DNA of 64,000 nucleotides. Source: Obrimoposthia wandeli. Its lineage: Eukaryota. The translations under genes were made by a program, and so were the position numbers. The notes below the pieces were generated by a model. That model ran no database searches. It worked only from the letters and a program-made list of their open reading frames with translations, and had not been told where the DNA came from. The stretch lies in the NCBI GenBank assembly GCA_977020255.1, contig CDROCS010005166.1, positions 1 through 64,000 on the forward strand. Direction: 5' to 3'. Below are positions 26,801 through 39,700 of the stretch, piece by piece (positions within the stretch are counted from its first letter, which is position 1; each line of letters opens with the position of its first letter).

Positions 26801-29800
26801 CGAATAAATTTGATAAAAAATATTGATCTCCAAGTTTTAAGAACTATTTTCACATATAGTCAAAGCCCAATAATCCAAACTAGTAAAAATTAATCAGTTT
26901 CAGATTACAGGGTTTTTCTGAAAATTAACATAGATGCAAATATGCACTAATATTTATATAATTATTTTCGACAAAATCATTCAATGTAGATTATCTCATG
27001 TTTTTTATACACAATTTTTCGATATTATCTTTCATTTCGGTAAAATGGTTTCTTAAATCTGGATGAATACTTACTGAAACTTTTTTAAAATTTAAATAAT
27101 CGACAATAACTTCAATTACATTGTACACATTTTTTGAAGGAACTCCAGCTTCAACAAAATTGTCATTGCCAACGTCATCATCACAAGTTTCTCTAATTTT
27201 ATCGAAAGAAATAAGTTGAATAATTTCCTTGTCGGTTTTGTTGTCACCAGTTTTTGCCTCAACAGTTTCTAGAATCTAGATCATTTATATATTTTATGGA
27301 TGAATACAAACAATTGAAAATCGAATCAAATTCTTCTTCGATAATGATTTTTTCTGATTCTATAATACCAGTTTTCCACAAACAATTTTTGATCGTCTCT
27401 GGTTTTACTCTTCTCCAAGAAATGTCAATCAAGAAAAATGTTTCTTTTACATCCACATGATACTCTTCATCTGTCTAAATGAGCCATATATTCTTGAATT
27501 AATAGCTTACGATAAAATAACTTAACATTCTTTATTTCAATTAAAGGGGTCGATTTTCTTTTATAACATCTTGGTTCTAATCACCTAGAATAAGGGGTTT
27601 TGGTCTTAATCGTTCAACTTGTGTTTGCACATATACTTACAGTAATTCGTTTTTTGGAAATTTTGACTCTTTCTATACTTATCAGATATTGAGTGAAACA
27701 GGAATGCTGGATAGAATAAACCCGTCTCATCCATGTTTAATATTGTGTCAAAATCAAAACCATTTAACACGTATAACATTTTCTTTCTTCCAGATTAAAC
27801 ATCTTCAATGGAAGTAGAATTTGATTCACCATAAATAATTATTTTCTTGAGGTTATGCCATGATTGTGTTGTTATATTCGGAGAATATTGTCAATTAAAG
27901 GGGTCGATTTTCTTTTATAACATCTTGGTTCTAATCACCTAGAATAAGGGGTTTTGGTCTTAATCGTTCAACTTGTGTTTGCACATATACTTACAGTAAT
28001 TCGTTTTTTGGAAATTTTGACTCTTTCTATTCTTATCAGATATTGAGTGAAACAGGAATGCTGGATAGAATAAACCCGTCTCATCCATGTTTAATATTGT
28101 GTCAAAATCAAAACCATTTAACACGTATAACATTTTCTTTCTTCCAGATTAAACATCTTCAATGGAAGTAGAATTTGATTCACCATAAATAATTATTTTC
28201 TTGAGGTTATGCCATGATTGTGTTGTTATATTCGGAGAATATTGTCAATTAAAGGGGTCTATTTTCTTTTATAACATCTTGGTTCTAATCACCTAGAATA
28301 AGGGGTTTTGGTCTTAATCGTTCAACTTGTGTTTGCACATATACTTACAGTAATTCGTTTTTTGGAAATTTTGACTCTTTCTATTCTTATCAGATATTGA
28401 GTGCGACAGGAATGCTGGATAGAATAAACCCGTCTCATCCATGTTTAATATTGTGTCAGAATCAAAACCATTTAACACGTATAACATTTTCTTTCTTCCA
28501 GATTAAACATCTTCAATGGAAGTAGAATTTGATTCACCATAAATAATTATTTTCTTGAGGTTATGGAAGACACTTAAAGCGATGTAGTCAGCCATTTGAA
28601 TAGGCAAAATCACTAATACATAATTCGTTGGCAAAATGTTTTGCCTTTTCAACGATAATATCTTCTTTTATAAAGCCATTGTCAGCATTCATTAATCCAA
28701 TCCAAGCTGTGAGAGCAACTTCCAAACTTTCGGATTACTTACTCTTATAATCTATTTTCCTTCGTAATTCATCCATTTTTCAGAAATAACCAAATTAATT
28801 CCATTTTCTGTTAAAAATAATGATTTGATATCTCCATTCGTCACTTTTATGTTTTTCAAGTTAGTTTACATATGTTTGACTTGAGGTTGAAGGGCACTTC
28901 TGTTCTTTTTTAGATTATTTTCTTTACTGGTTCTTCAAATGAATAATAATTAAATTTATAATACAAAATTCAAAAGTAATTAAACAAAATTAACTTAACA
29001 AAAATATTTTTTAAATTTATAAACCGAAATTTTTATTTTTACAATGCAAAAAAAAATTGTCTTTCGGATTACGTATCACGTGGTTTGGATTAATGAAACA
29101 TATTTGGTCATAAACATGTATTGAAATTAAAAAAGCAGTTTTAAAAATTACTCAATGCGTCACAAATGTTTTGTTTAAGTTATAATTTACATGTTTCCAA
29201 TACAAATTTAATTTCTGACATAAATTGTTTAATTCCATTAATATTTTCTGAAGCAATTTTAATTTTGGCTCATTTGCTAAAACCTATCGCCTAAAATAAA
29301 TGCAGCAAGTATTGAAGTAGATAGAATGTAGATTATCTGTTATTTCTTTTATAAGAAATTTTCAAAATCAGGAACAAATTAATTAATAAACGTACAAAAT
29401 ATATTTGATTGATGCGCTGAGTGCGCTTTGTTTTTATTTTGACAAGTTAAATAATAGTTGGCCTTAATTTTTTTACAACAGACTGCCTGACTATGAAATC
29501 CTTTTATCAGATTACAATTTAAGAAACTCTAATCTAGATAAACGGCTACCATTTCTGTACACACCTGTGGGGTTTAAGATCATTGAGGTAAATAACCACG
29601 ATCCAATTGATAATCTCCAGAGCCAAATTGGGATTGGACAAAGTGAACATGGACTTCTGAACCTCACCGATGACAACTTTGAAGAGCCTGTTGTGAAACT
29701 TAACTGTTCGGAGAACTGCTAACCGCTGAGACCTTTCATTGAGCTGGGAAGTCTTGGTGAATTTCTTCAATGAGAGGGTAATCTGGAAAGTTCATAGATT

Positions 29801-32800
29801 TTTTAAAAAAAATTATGTACAAAGTTAAACTTCTTTTAATAATACAAAACATTTAAAAAAACACCATTTTCGGGATTTTATATTTTATGGCGAATAATAC
29901 AATTTTAAATTTATTTTTAATTCCATTTACAAATAAACAAATAAATCAATAAAAATACAAAACATAAATTAAAAAAAAAATGTTCATGTAAAATTTTAAA
30001 ATTGTAGCAAATTATGGTATATATAAGAATTGGTTACTAAAGAACCAGCGATATTTTACTGTATACTTGAGCGGTTAATTTTTCTCTGTATTATATTTAG
30101 TGTGGTCACCAATATTTTTTGGATGTATAACTTTTAAAAAACCTAAATTTTAAGTAAACAAAACAAAAAATCAGTTCCTACGCTTATAAATCTTTGATCA
30201 AGTGGGTTATAATACTTTAGTTTATTAACACATTAATGACGATTGCTATTGTTACAATTTAAATATACAGGGGTGGCTAAATGTTTATGGAAAAATGTAA
30301 TTTCGGGCAATGTGGTTGCAAATCACGTGCTGTTAAAATTAGATCAACACAAATATACGTAAAACACTACTTAAAGGCAAGATTTATTTTACTGGTCTAA
30401 TTTTGTAAACAAATATAAGTTATAAAATTACGTTATGGAAGTCAAGACTAAGACGTTGTTTTATTTCCTTCACCAAGGAAATACATATATTTTTGCACAA
30501 CTTAAAGGAGAATAAAAAACATACTGCGCATGAAGTTTACAATCAGCAACAGTAAAATAGTACAAAATGTTAATATTTGGTGGGATAACCTTTATTTTTT
30601 ATCACAACAGCGATCCGTCGAGGAATTGATTCTACCAGGCGTTGGCACTCTACTGGAGTCACCTCTAAGTGATATCATTCTGCGAATGATATCATTCTTT
30701 AGATGTTGGAAGTTTATGATATTGCCTTTATTTACTTACTTTCTGCTTCATCGAATTCCAGAGATTTTCTATGGGGTTGAAGTCTGGACTGTTCTCAAGA
30801 AACCAATTCGTGTTGTGTTTTTTAAGTTTGTAATGGTGCACTGTCCTGTTGGAAGATTGTATTGGAGATAATTACAAGCATTATAGGCAGCTTCTCACTC
30901 AATATCGTCTTGTAAAGCGTAGAATTCATTTTTTAAAAATTCTTGTCGAGAAAGGGAAGTGTCACTCGAAAATTGTAAGAAAAACAGCCCATACCATGGT
31001 TCGTGGTGAGTACTTGGTTGTTTTGTCAGTATATTCTTAATTGTAAGTAGAAGAGCCTGATGCGCGTCTAACTACCCGCTTAGTATCATATAACTGTAGA
31101 AAGGTCGATCCATCACTAAAGATCACTCGTTTCAGTTGTCAACAGTCCAATTCTTATACTGATAGCACCACTGCAATCTCTTTTGTCAAGTCGCACGCGT
31201 TATTAATGGCTTTTTGAAAACAGGTCTTGCATCCATGTTAAATTCTTTTGACAAATGGTGCCGTATGGTGCACGTTGACAGTTCAGCAACACTTTGCCCT
31301 AATGTAGCCTTCAATTCGGCAGACGTACTGAACGAATGCGTCAACACAGGCCATCGCAGGATAACATTGTTGCTTTTTGTGATCTTTCTTGGTAATTGCT
31401 ATTGAACCACTCTTATTTTATTACGTTACTACCCGGCTGACAGCCTGGTCGGAAAAACCACATAATATCACTATTTCACGTTGTTACTTGCTTGTATATA
31501 CTAACAAAGTGATTATTTTAATCTTTGTGGCTTCTGGGTTGACTTTTTCATGTCTATAATATATAAGAATATTTGTAATATGATTTACCACAAAGATACC
31601 TACGCTTACATACAGTAAATATATTTCTCATACCTAATTGCAATTTGATTTGTTAAAAATTACAGTAGACATGATACAAGTAGGCGCACACATATACGGG
31701 CTGTGAAGCTGCGCATTACTAACAATATGGGAGTTAATATCACATATGCGTGATGTCTCTATACCATTTTAAGGTGACAGTATTTAAGCATACTGCATCT
31801 GAATGAGTCACAGCGACGAAAATGCCATCAATTGCATTTTACCATAAATTTATTACAACCCATGTATATTAATCAAGCACAAATGCTACAGCTATCTCTG
31901 TTTTCTCCTGGAGCAGATTTCCTATGATTGCTACTGAAAATTTTTGGTATTATTGTGATTAAACATAAGCTAGCAATAAAATTAAATGTATCTGGTTTGA
32001 ATTTCTAAACCAATCATATAGCTTCTAATTTTAGTAAATACGAAATTTTAAATACATATTAAATTGTTTTACATTTATTTAATTGTGTTACGTGATTAAT
32101 GAGTAAAAGTGTTAAAATATTTATTTTATTTTGATTATAACATACAATCTTCTACAACTTTAGATTTTATTTTGAAAATGTTACTGATGTTATGATTTGG
32201 TGTATTAAGACTCCACAAGTGAAATTAATCATTAATACAACAGATATTCTGATATTTAAAAATATCTTAAATGTCCAATGTTGATTGAAGATTCGAAAAT
32301 CCAACTAACCGATTTTATGGGTACTTTGGCAACATCCCATTTAGTGAGCATTTCGTCTTCGCTATGAACAGAAATTACTGGATTCTGCATGTAGTGGGAA
32401 AATGTGGCAATAACATAATAACACAACGATTAATAAGGTCACTCACAATATTTCCATTCTTCCTGATGGGCGTGAGTCGGATGTGGATAGCGTAGTTTCG
32501 CGATCTGAACTTGATGAGTTCTGCTCCGGTCATAGAGAGAATTATACAGTTGGAATCCACCACGCTGTGGTTATTGAGCAGATAGGGGCCGGCAATTACC
32601 TCGCCATTCAGCTTCCGGAGTACCTCCGTGTTCGGCTCGAAGGGGTTCGCGTCATCTGCGATACAGTATTGATAAAAATTGATTAAGGAAATGGGTTGAC
32701 AAAAAAGTAAGTATTTTACGTTAAACGAAATAACAACTAATTTTTATCAACGTCAAGTTAAATTTTATCTGATTAAGATGTTAAATGAATTTTCGTGAGT

Positions 32801-35513
32801 TATCAAGTTAATTTTATAATATTTTGTACGATAGCCAAATATAACTCTCCATCTCTCACAACGAATATAGTTTTAAATTTATTTTACATACATACTTTCG
32901 ATTTTTTTTAATATATTTTAATTTCGAATTCTGAAGATAATTTTAAATTAATAATTTCGTTGATCCTTATAACTTTTTTCACATATTAACAAAAAAGTTA
33001 TATTCAACTTACAAAAAATGAAAATGTTATCATAAATTTTCATATATATATATATACAGGGAGTTCGTAAAGTAGTTATATGGTTAAAAAAATTTAATAA
33101 GAAGTAACGAATGAGACAAATCATTTATTTGTCTGCAAGCAGACAAACATTAAAAAAGTATAAACATTATTACCAATAATAGTATACTAAATGTTTAAGA
33201 CTAAAACTTTTGATTTATTTTGTCACATACCAGCTTATATCTTGCAAAAGCGACGAATTTTAAATAATGAAATAACAATTTATTTACATTTTTAAATATC
33301 AAAATCTACGTAATTTATTGTAGCTTCATTTAGATGACACAAACTCTTAATAATGATTCTTAAATAGGAAAGTCGCTTTTCATTATTTTAAAAGTATTTA
33401 TATTTTTGCAATTTCTTTTGCAAAAACGCAATTTATTAATTTTGCTCTGTAAACTTCAAATATTTTGTCGAAATATTTTTCATGAATTGTTGTTGTGAGA
33501 TTTTATTTCTAGGATCATGTGATTTGAGTCTCGCTTATATATTAATAAATCTTTTAAATCATTTTCATTTCTCATAAATTATGCTTTCCTGAATAATTAA
33601 AATTTCAAAATAATTCAATAGTTTTTCATAAGATAATTTGCTGTACTATGTCTTCTTTTATTGAAATACTAGCATATTATCTTTATTTATAATATTTCAG
33701 AGTAGACAGTGTTATAAAGAACAGAGTGGACTTCTACCATAGAACAAATTATCTTTTTAGTTGAGATGATTTGAAATTTTAGTTTGACTTCCGCAGAAAA
33801 TTACAGCCTTATTACCCAAATTAAATAGAGAGAAATCATTATTAATATTTTAGAATTTCTGTCTGGAATCATTTATATAATATACTTTCACTTAATATTC
33901 TATATTATTTATAATAACATAAATACTACGAATCATTGGTTTAAATCATATGTAATTACTAAGGAATGAAACATAATAAACTTGAGTGAGGGCAAAGTCG
34001 TAAATCGGAAATAAGTGAACTGTATGTATCAATTTAAATGGTCATTTCTCACCGTAGTATGAAGCAAACTCATCATCGATGAATGGAGCTTCCAGGTCAT
34101 TTATTACTAGATTTGATTCGACCGCCGATAATTTGGGACTACCCGAGACGTCTTTGAGATTACTGAGATTGCTAGACTTTTGTTGACGTAGCAGTGTTAC
34201 GTAGATGAGGAAGTCCTTCAACTGAAAATATAAACACACTTTAGACAATATCAGATTAAATTTATTCAGTCCTCGAACAAACTTCGGCAATCGAATTTAG
34301 ATTTCATTTACAATTGTATAGTAGCACCTAGATTATATTATGTACCAAATCAAAATAACATCGCTCGTGTAATCAATTTATTGATATGGATTTCAAACAC
34401 AGTTTAGGTAAACGCAATCACACTCAAATCGTATATTCTATAAATTCACAATCAATTTACTTTCAGTTTATTTTCCATATTTTTGATAATCAAGGCAGTT
34501 TTGTAATTGAAATTTTCAGTCACTGACCATTAACATGATCATATCCTTGAAATTATTGGAACACGGATATTCATATCGGGGTCTGACAAAACCCTTTGTA
34601 AGCACGGTTTTACTAAAACACATTCTCTGTCAACAAAAATATTGAAATTTTAAATTTATTTGCATAATATCTTAGGAAAAAATAAATATATTCCAAAATG
34701 TATTTCTATACTAAAAAATTTACTTATTTTTAAAAAACATAATTATCTTTTTTAATAGGAAAATAGTAGATCAATACAATCATAATATGATCTTTCAATG
34801 ATTAAATCAATTTAAAATATTTATTTTTTATTAAAAAATCATTATATTATTAAAAACCTTTTCTTTAGATGAAATAATTTCAAATGATTTAACGAAAAGT
34901 CAGGTAATATAAATAATATGCATTTTCAAAATTAATGTTATGAATTGATGGGGATAAATTTATAAGTCTAAAGGGTTCAATAAATCAAATATAATACATG
35001 TTGATATATTCGATTTATGTGACCCCACACCGATATGCGTATGTTAATAATCTGATGTTGCTAAGTAAAACGTACCTGAGGATCCTGCAGTCGAAACTTG
35101 AGATCTACATGTGATAGACAAAGTTGCTTAACGGTGCAAAATTCGATGACATGCTCTATGGGACACGAGTTTGAGGCCCGGAATGTGAGAGTACGATAGT
35201 TGAAACCGCCGCTGCCGGTACCACTACCGGTGCTGCCGGTGGGACTGACGCAGCTTCCTCCACCCGGGAGGCTGCCACCAGTTGGTCCAGCGGTGGCTGC
35301 AGATGACCCGTGTGTCTTGGCATAGCGGCTGCTCGAGTTGTTGCTGGCACTGTGGCAGCTCCCATTACCACTGGGGTCAAGCTCATTGTTGGCAGCCATC
35401 TCGCGAAGGTCGGTTCCACTTGACTCCACCCAGTTGCAGCCATGTATCAGTTTAATGCGACTCAGCACTGGCTCACAACGAATCAGCTCCGCTACAAGCG
35501 GTAGGCTCGTCTC
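4213..35513 (-). CDS. BIRC6: BIRC6/Bruce/Apollon-like giant E2/E3 ubiquitin ligase, partial multi-exon gene (central region, about 2,815 codons in 22 exons)
   Basis: The spliced translation has BIRC6-like blocks in the expected order: LCLSHVDLKF, IYVTLLR, VIAGPYLL..SMTGAELIKFRSRNYAIHIR, NERSQRLAVL, GLLHSDRL..AASEGTLID, SRIHANARRFVVIDLGQECLISDI..LHNIYPPLICRYIHYSVVAR, RIELGFLYG, YSLACSTL, YDLRLE and HLELVLTLPCLMLVQ. Exon phases chain consistently. Confidence 0.9.
7042..7543 (-). CDS. BIRC6: Two BIRC6-like exons (7413-7543, 7042-7362) with a 50-nt intron
   Basis: tctag|AAG, AA|gtatgt, ctgcag|A and TG|gtgaga; phases consistent. Confidence 0.8.
7930..8461 (-). CDS. BIRC6: Two BIRC6-like exons (8395-8461, 7930-8344) with a 50-nt intron
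   Basis: tgcag|AT, CT|gtgagt, tacag|A and AAG|gtgggt; YDLRLENSIFLDQE. Confidence 0.8.
9120..9224 (-). CDS. BIRC6: Tentative BIRC6-like exon (phase 1-1)
   Basis: ctcag|AA and G|gtattg, open frame; weak pyrimidine tract; skipping it would also keep the frame. Confidence 0.45.
9400..10015 (-). mobile_element. 3' fragment of an R2/NeSL-type non-LTR retrotransposon (CCHC knuckle plus restriction-like endonuclease)
   Basis: CCRYGC..ETVSH..RHDMVV, RPDITI..EIKVPFD..KYQNL across frameshifts and stops. Confidence 0.7.
10256..10975 (-). CDS. BIRC6: BIRC6-like exon (phase 1-1) with long Glu/Asp tract
   Basis: aacag|TT and G|gtgagt; 240 open codons. Confidence 0.85.
11049..11487 (-). CDS. BIRC6: Three small BIRC6-like exons (11328-11487, 11190-11278, 11049-11142) separated by 49- and 47-nt introns
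   Basis: GT-AG boundaries and phases 0-1, 1-0 and 0-1 link the flanking exons without stops. Confidence 0.75.
11790..11834. repeat. (TA)n microsatellite
   Basis: about 22 uninterrupted TA units. Confidence 0.95.
12174..12572 (-). CDS. BIRC6: BIRC6-like exon (phase 0-0)
   Basis: tttgacag|ACT and AAT|gtgaga; 133 open codons. Confidence 0.85.
13500..13700 (+). mobile_element. pogo/Tigger CENP-B-type HTH remnant
   Basis: KVKIIN..LKIAEEFGIPTTTL. Confidence 0.5.
15800..16520 (+). mobile_element. piggyBac-like transposase C-terminal remnant
   Basis: terminal Cys-rich motif C.K.TQIRCRNCEDGIHMKC near 16450-16510; the rest is very degraded. Confidence 0.4.
17592..18186 (-). CDS. BIRC6: BIRC6-like exon (phase 2-0)
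   Basis: cttcag|A and AAG|gtaaac; RGRIELGFLYG, YSLACSTLRDLV. Confidence 0.9.
20390..20800 (+). mobile_element. pogo (POGK-like) DDE transposase fragment
   Basis: IAGKFNFITRLMILDS and SIKHCGITVAADGSQDVDIKC. Confidence 0.65.
21272..21786 (-). CDS. BIRC6: BIRC6-like exon (phase 0-2)
   Basis: cacag|GAA and AG|gtactt; ARRFVVIDLGQECLISDI..PPLICRYIHYSVVAR is the strongest BIRC6 signature. Confidence 0.9.
21896..22369 (-). CDS. BIRC6: BIRC6-like exon (phase 0-0), ends at a GC donor
   Basis: ttcccag|ATT and CAG|gcaagt; GLLHSDRLMANKLVAASEGTLID. Confidence 0.8.
22555..22831 (-). CDS. BIRC6: BIRC6-like exon (phase 2-0)
   Basis: tttcag|C and ATG|gtaagc. Confidence 0.85.
22915..23052. repeat. Two-copy tandem duplication, period about 71 bp
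   Basis: tacttcatattaaattatattatctgtcatgtatatctaatgtatggtacaacaaaatacaa occurs at 22921 and 22992. Confidence 0.9.
24200..24601 (-). CDS. BIRC6: BIRC6-like exon (phase 2-2)
   Basis: ttttcag|G and AT|gtgagt; 134 open codons. Confidence 0.85.
26629..26754 (-). CDS. BIRC6: BIRC6-like exon (phase 2-2), not in ORF track
   Basis: ttttcag|T and AA|gtgagt; EKIQKLLLTFLDYCESLIVDHLLKGNREISKFVTKIL. Confidence 0.8.
27060..28950 (-). mobile_element. Tigger/TIGD-like pogo transposase pseudogene
   Basis: DETG motif, ISWRRVKPETIKNCLWKTGI C-terminus, CENP-B HTH-like N-terminus near 28600-28900. Confidence 0.75.
27537..28564. repeat. Near-identical tandem triplication, period 354 bp (about 2.9 copies)
   Basis: ttaaagggg anchors at 27541, 27895 and 28249; ttgaggttatg at 27847, 28201 and 28555. 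Confidence 0.95.
29565..29782 (-). CDS. BIRC6: BIRC6-like exon (phase 0-2)
   Basis: ttccag|ATT and AG|gtgtgt; ITLSLKKF..NERSQRLAVLRTVKFHNRL..ALEIINW. Confidence 0.85.
30268..31450 (-). mobile_element. Tc1-family transposase pseudogene
   Basis: SPDFNPIENLW and CQRLVESIPRRIAVVIKNKGYPTKY; TA-CAGGGG terminus-like start at 30266-30273. Confidence 0.85.
32310..32384 (-). CDS. BIRC6: BIRC6-like small exon (phase 0-0)
   Basis: atgcag|AAT after a 62-nt intron, TCG|gttagt donor; open 25 codons. Confidence 0.6.
32447..32655 (-). CDS. BIRC6: BIRC6-like exon (phase 1-0)
   Basis: tcgcag|AT and ATT|gtgagt; VIAGPYLL...FRSRNYAIHIRL. Confidence 0.85.
34053..34221 (-). CDS. BIRC6: BIRC6-like exon (phase 0-1)
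   Basis: ttttcag|TTG and G|gtgaga; LKDFLIYVTLLRQQK. Confidence 0.85.
35076..35513 (-). CDS. BIRC6: BIRC6-like exon (phase 0-0)
   Basis: ctgcag|GAG acceptor and CAG|gtacgt donor; encodes LCLSHVDLKFRLQ. Confidence 0.85.
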
Positions 35514-36769
35514 CTGCAGACAGCCAATACACATATCACACAATTAACTTCCACAACACAACATAACCTCTTATTCTATGACAAATATTGACAAAAAATT
35601 ATGCTATAAAAAACTTTTAAGCTTTTATATAATATCTTCATTTATGACTCCATTCAAGAAATCCAAACATCGTATTCATTATATTATTGAAAAAATTAAA
35701 TATGCAGTGCTTATATTTAAATTAAGTTAGATTTTTGTAATATAAAATTTGTAATATCCGACATAACAATACTTTAGAATTCTACTTAATTGAAATTTTA
35801 AAGCATATCATTATTTAATTTTCTCAAACAATCTACTCAGTAGTTATCATATAAATACATAAAAGGCTTCCGATTCAGATAACTTAATTTTTGTCTTATA
35901 AATTTAATCCTGTGATACATTAACAATTACTGGTGTGTATATTCTTTTAAATGCAAAGATTTAGTTTATTCATTCATATATACTAATTACATCATTCAAT
36001 ACAAGTCTTATAAGTCTCAACATTAATTAATTTTATTGTAATTTTTCTTGATTTTTTAGTACACCTACATAATTACATCTCCTCAACCCCACCAATCAGT
36101 ACAAATTCCATTTTATTATTTAATATTACTATAAGTTTATATAATTTCGAGAAATGTACTTTAACTTGTGCATGTAACACATTTATCTATAAAGTATTTA
36201 ATTAAAATTACACTTTAATCTGAACTGTACATTGGGTTTAATTTTTTAATAAATATTAAAATAATAGTAATTTAAATTATTTTAAAAATCTATATTACTA
36301 TTACTAAAATCTATATATTTTTTGTTTATCTTCGGAAATATATACGATTTATCTATTAACATCAATACTTATTTTAACAAAATTATATACCAATATGATT
36401 TATCTACTTATTTATAATTTTATTAACCCGTTCGCAGCTATGTAATTTTAAAAGAACATTTGTTTTATACAATTGTTAAATTTAAAGGTTTTTCAAAATT
36501 TTATTGTATGACAATTTATTTATTATGTGAATTTGATTTAATGTAATTTTTATAAAAGTTATATTATTATGTTGCTGTTTGAAAATGTTGAAATCCTCCA
36601 ATGTCTGATGAGTATGTTTTTTACATCATAGCTCTCTATAATAATAATTTAATCAGTTTTATGTAATCAGTTGTAATCAGGACTCGAGTTTTCACTGGAC
36701 AAAAAGATTAGTCTAAATAAAACCACATGATAATATAAATAAACTAGATATACATATACAATATCTTTA

Positions 36770-39700
36770 TAAATAAACTCATTTAAAACATATAATGCTC
36801 AGAAACACTTGTCCCATACTAGCCAATTCTAATAAAACTATTTGCATTTGATATAACAGAAACCTTAAGGAGATATTCCGTTTCAAAGTGCACTTTACCA
36901 TTTATTTTTCCTAAAATAAGATATATTTTCTAAATTTTCATTATATAGATTTCTAAATATCTCTATAAATAAACTTATTTAAACTATAAAATGCTCAGAA
37001 ACACTTGTCCCATACTAGCTAATTCTAATAAAACTATTTGCATTTGATATAACAGAAACCTTAAGGAGATATTCCGTTTCAAAGTGCACTTTACCATTTA
37101 TTTTTCCTAAAATAAGATATATTTTCTAAATTTTCATTATATAGATTTCTAAATATCTCTATAAATAAACTTATTTAAACTATAAAATGCTCAGAAACAC
37201 TTGTCCCATACTAGCCAATTCTAATAAAACTATTTGCATTTTGATATAACAAAAACCTTAAGGAGATATTCCTGTTTCAAAGTGCACTTTACCATTTATT
37301 TTCCTAAAATAAGATATATTTTCTAAATTTTCATTATATAGATTTCTAAATATCTTTATAAATAAACACAATTAAAACATATAATGCTCAGAAATCATCC
37401 TGTCGATTAGATGATTCCAATAAAACTATTCAGGTTCTGCACTTGAAAAGTATTTCACAAAAGTACGGAAATATTCTTTCTAACGGCGGTTCTATCATTA
37501 ATTTGACCAAAGATTTAATATATTTTCAGATTTTTTCATCATATAGATCTCATACTAGCTCAAATCTAATAAAACTATTTGCAATTTGATATAACAAGAA
37601 TTAAGGAGATATTCGTTTCAAAGTGCACTTTACCATTTATTTTCCTAAAATAAGATATTTTGCGAATTTGGTCCCTCACAATTTTTCATTATATAGATAA
37701 ACTTCTAAATATCTTCCGTGATAACTAAACTTATTTAAACTATAAAATGCAATCAAGAAATATTGAACACTTGTCCCATACTAGCCAATTCAATAAAACT
37801 ATTTGCATTTGATATAACAGAAACCTTAAGGAGATATTCCGTTTCAAAGTGCCACTTTAAGGGGCCATTTATCATTTATATAAAATTAAAAACTAAAATT
37901 AAAATATTTTGAAAACATATAGACATCATAGAAAAAAATAATTCTGTTGCAAAACACTTTATTTTCTTTTTCAAATTATTCAAAAGAAAAATGAATTCAA
38001 TTGCTTTTTAAATTATCGTCGTATTTAGAAAAATCTACCAGCTCTTATTTTTTATTTTATTAATTTTTAAAAATTGCTTTGATAAAATGCACATAATTAT
38101 TCACTTGTCCCATACTAGCCAATTCTAATAAAACTATTTGCATTTTACAATATAAATAACAGAAACCTTAAGGTTAGTTTTGAATTATTCCGTTTCAAAG
38201 TGCACTTTACCATTTATTTTCCTAAAATAAGATATATTTTACTAAATTTTTCATTATATAAGATTTCAAATATCTCTGGTCATAACTAAACGAAGAAAAG
38301 GAAGCTAAAGAAAATATTTAAAAAAATTCTATAAAAAAAAACTCAGTGGAAACACTTGTCATACTGATCCAGCCAATTCTAATAAAACAACATTTGCATT
38401 TGATATAACAGAAACCTACTACAGGAGGATATTCCGTTTCAAAGTTTGCTCCCTGGACTTTACCATTTATGTTTCCTAAAAACGTAAGTGATATATTTTC
38501 TAAATTTTCATTATAAGATTTCCAGCTAAATGGGAAGAATCTCTATAACTAAACTTATTTAAATTATAAAATGCTCAGAAACACTATACTAGCCAAATCT
38601 AATAAAACTATTTGCATTTGATATAACAGAAACCTTAAGGAGATATTCCGTTTCAAAGTGCACTTTACCATTTATTTTTCCTAAAATAAGATATATTTTC
38701 TAAATTTTCATTATATAGATTTCTAAATATCTCTATAACTAAACTTATTTAAACTATAAAATGCTCAGCATTTCTTGCTCATATATTGTATTCTTTTACT
38801 ATTTTAATGACTAAACATAATGAGTATATAACAGATCATGAAAACTCATCTGCACATTTATTAGCACACATATTAACAGGTTAAACCATCAGATATTTTT
38901 CAAAAAAGTTTTGAAAATACCATTTAAAAATAAGGTATAGAAATATTTTGCTTCGAATAGTTCATAAAATTTTTAAGCTCAAGAGGTCTTGGCCAATTAC
39001 AAACTATTTGGATATAAAGAAATAATGGAGAATTCGTTTCATTTACCATTTATGTTTATTTATTTTTTCAAAATTTGATATTACTGCAAAACATTTTACT
39101 AGATTTTTATGTTTAAACATATTTTCAAAAAATATATTTGAAATTTTAAACTATAAAATGCTCAGAAATCAAGATTCTATTATTGCCGAATTTCAAAAGT
39201 CTAATTTATTTAATAATATTCAGATAACAATTTTCATTGTATCAGATTTCTAAATGTCATCTCCGTATAACTAAACTTATGTTAAACTGTAAAATGCTCA
39301 GAAACACTTGTCCCATACTAGATTCTAATAAAACTATTTGCATTTGATATAACAGAAACCTTGTAAGGAGATATTCCGTTTCAAAGTGCACTTTACCATT
39401 TACGTGCCTTTGCGGCTCATTCACTAAATTTATAAGATATATTTTCTAAATTTTTTCATTATATAGATTTCTAAATATCTCTATAACTAAACTTATTTAA
39501 ACTATAAAATGCTCAGAAACACTTGTCCCATACTAGCCAAAAATGCGTTAAAAAACTATTTGCATTTGATATAACAGAAACCTTAAGGAGATATTCCGTT
39601 TCAAAGTGCACTTTACCATTTATGTTTCCTAAAATAAGATATATTTTCTAAATTTCACTCAAAAAGTTATATAGATTTCTAAATATATAACTAAACTTAT

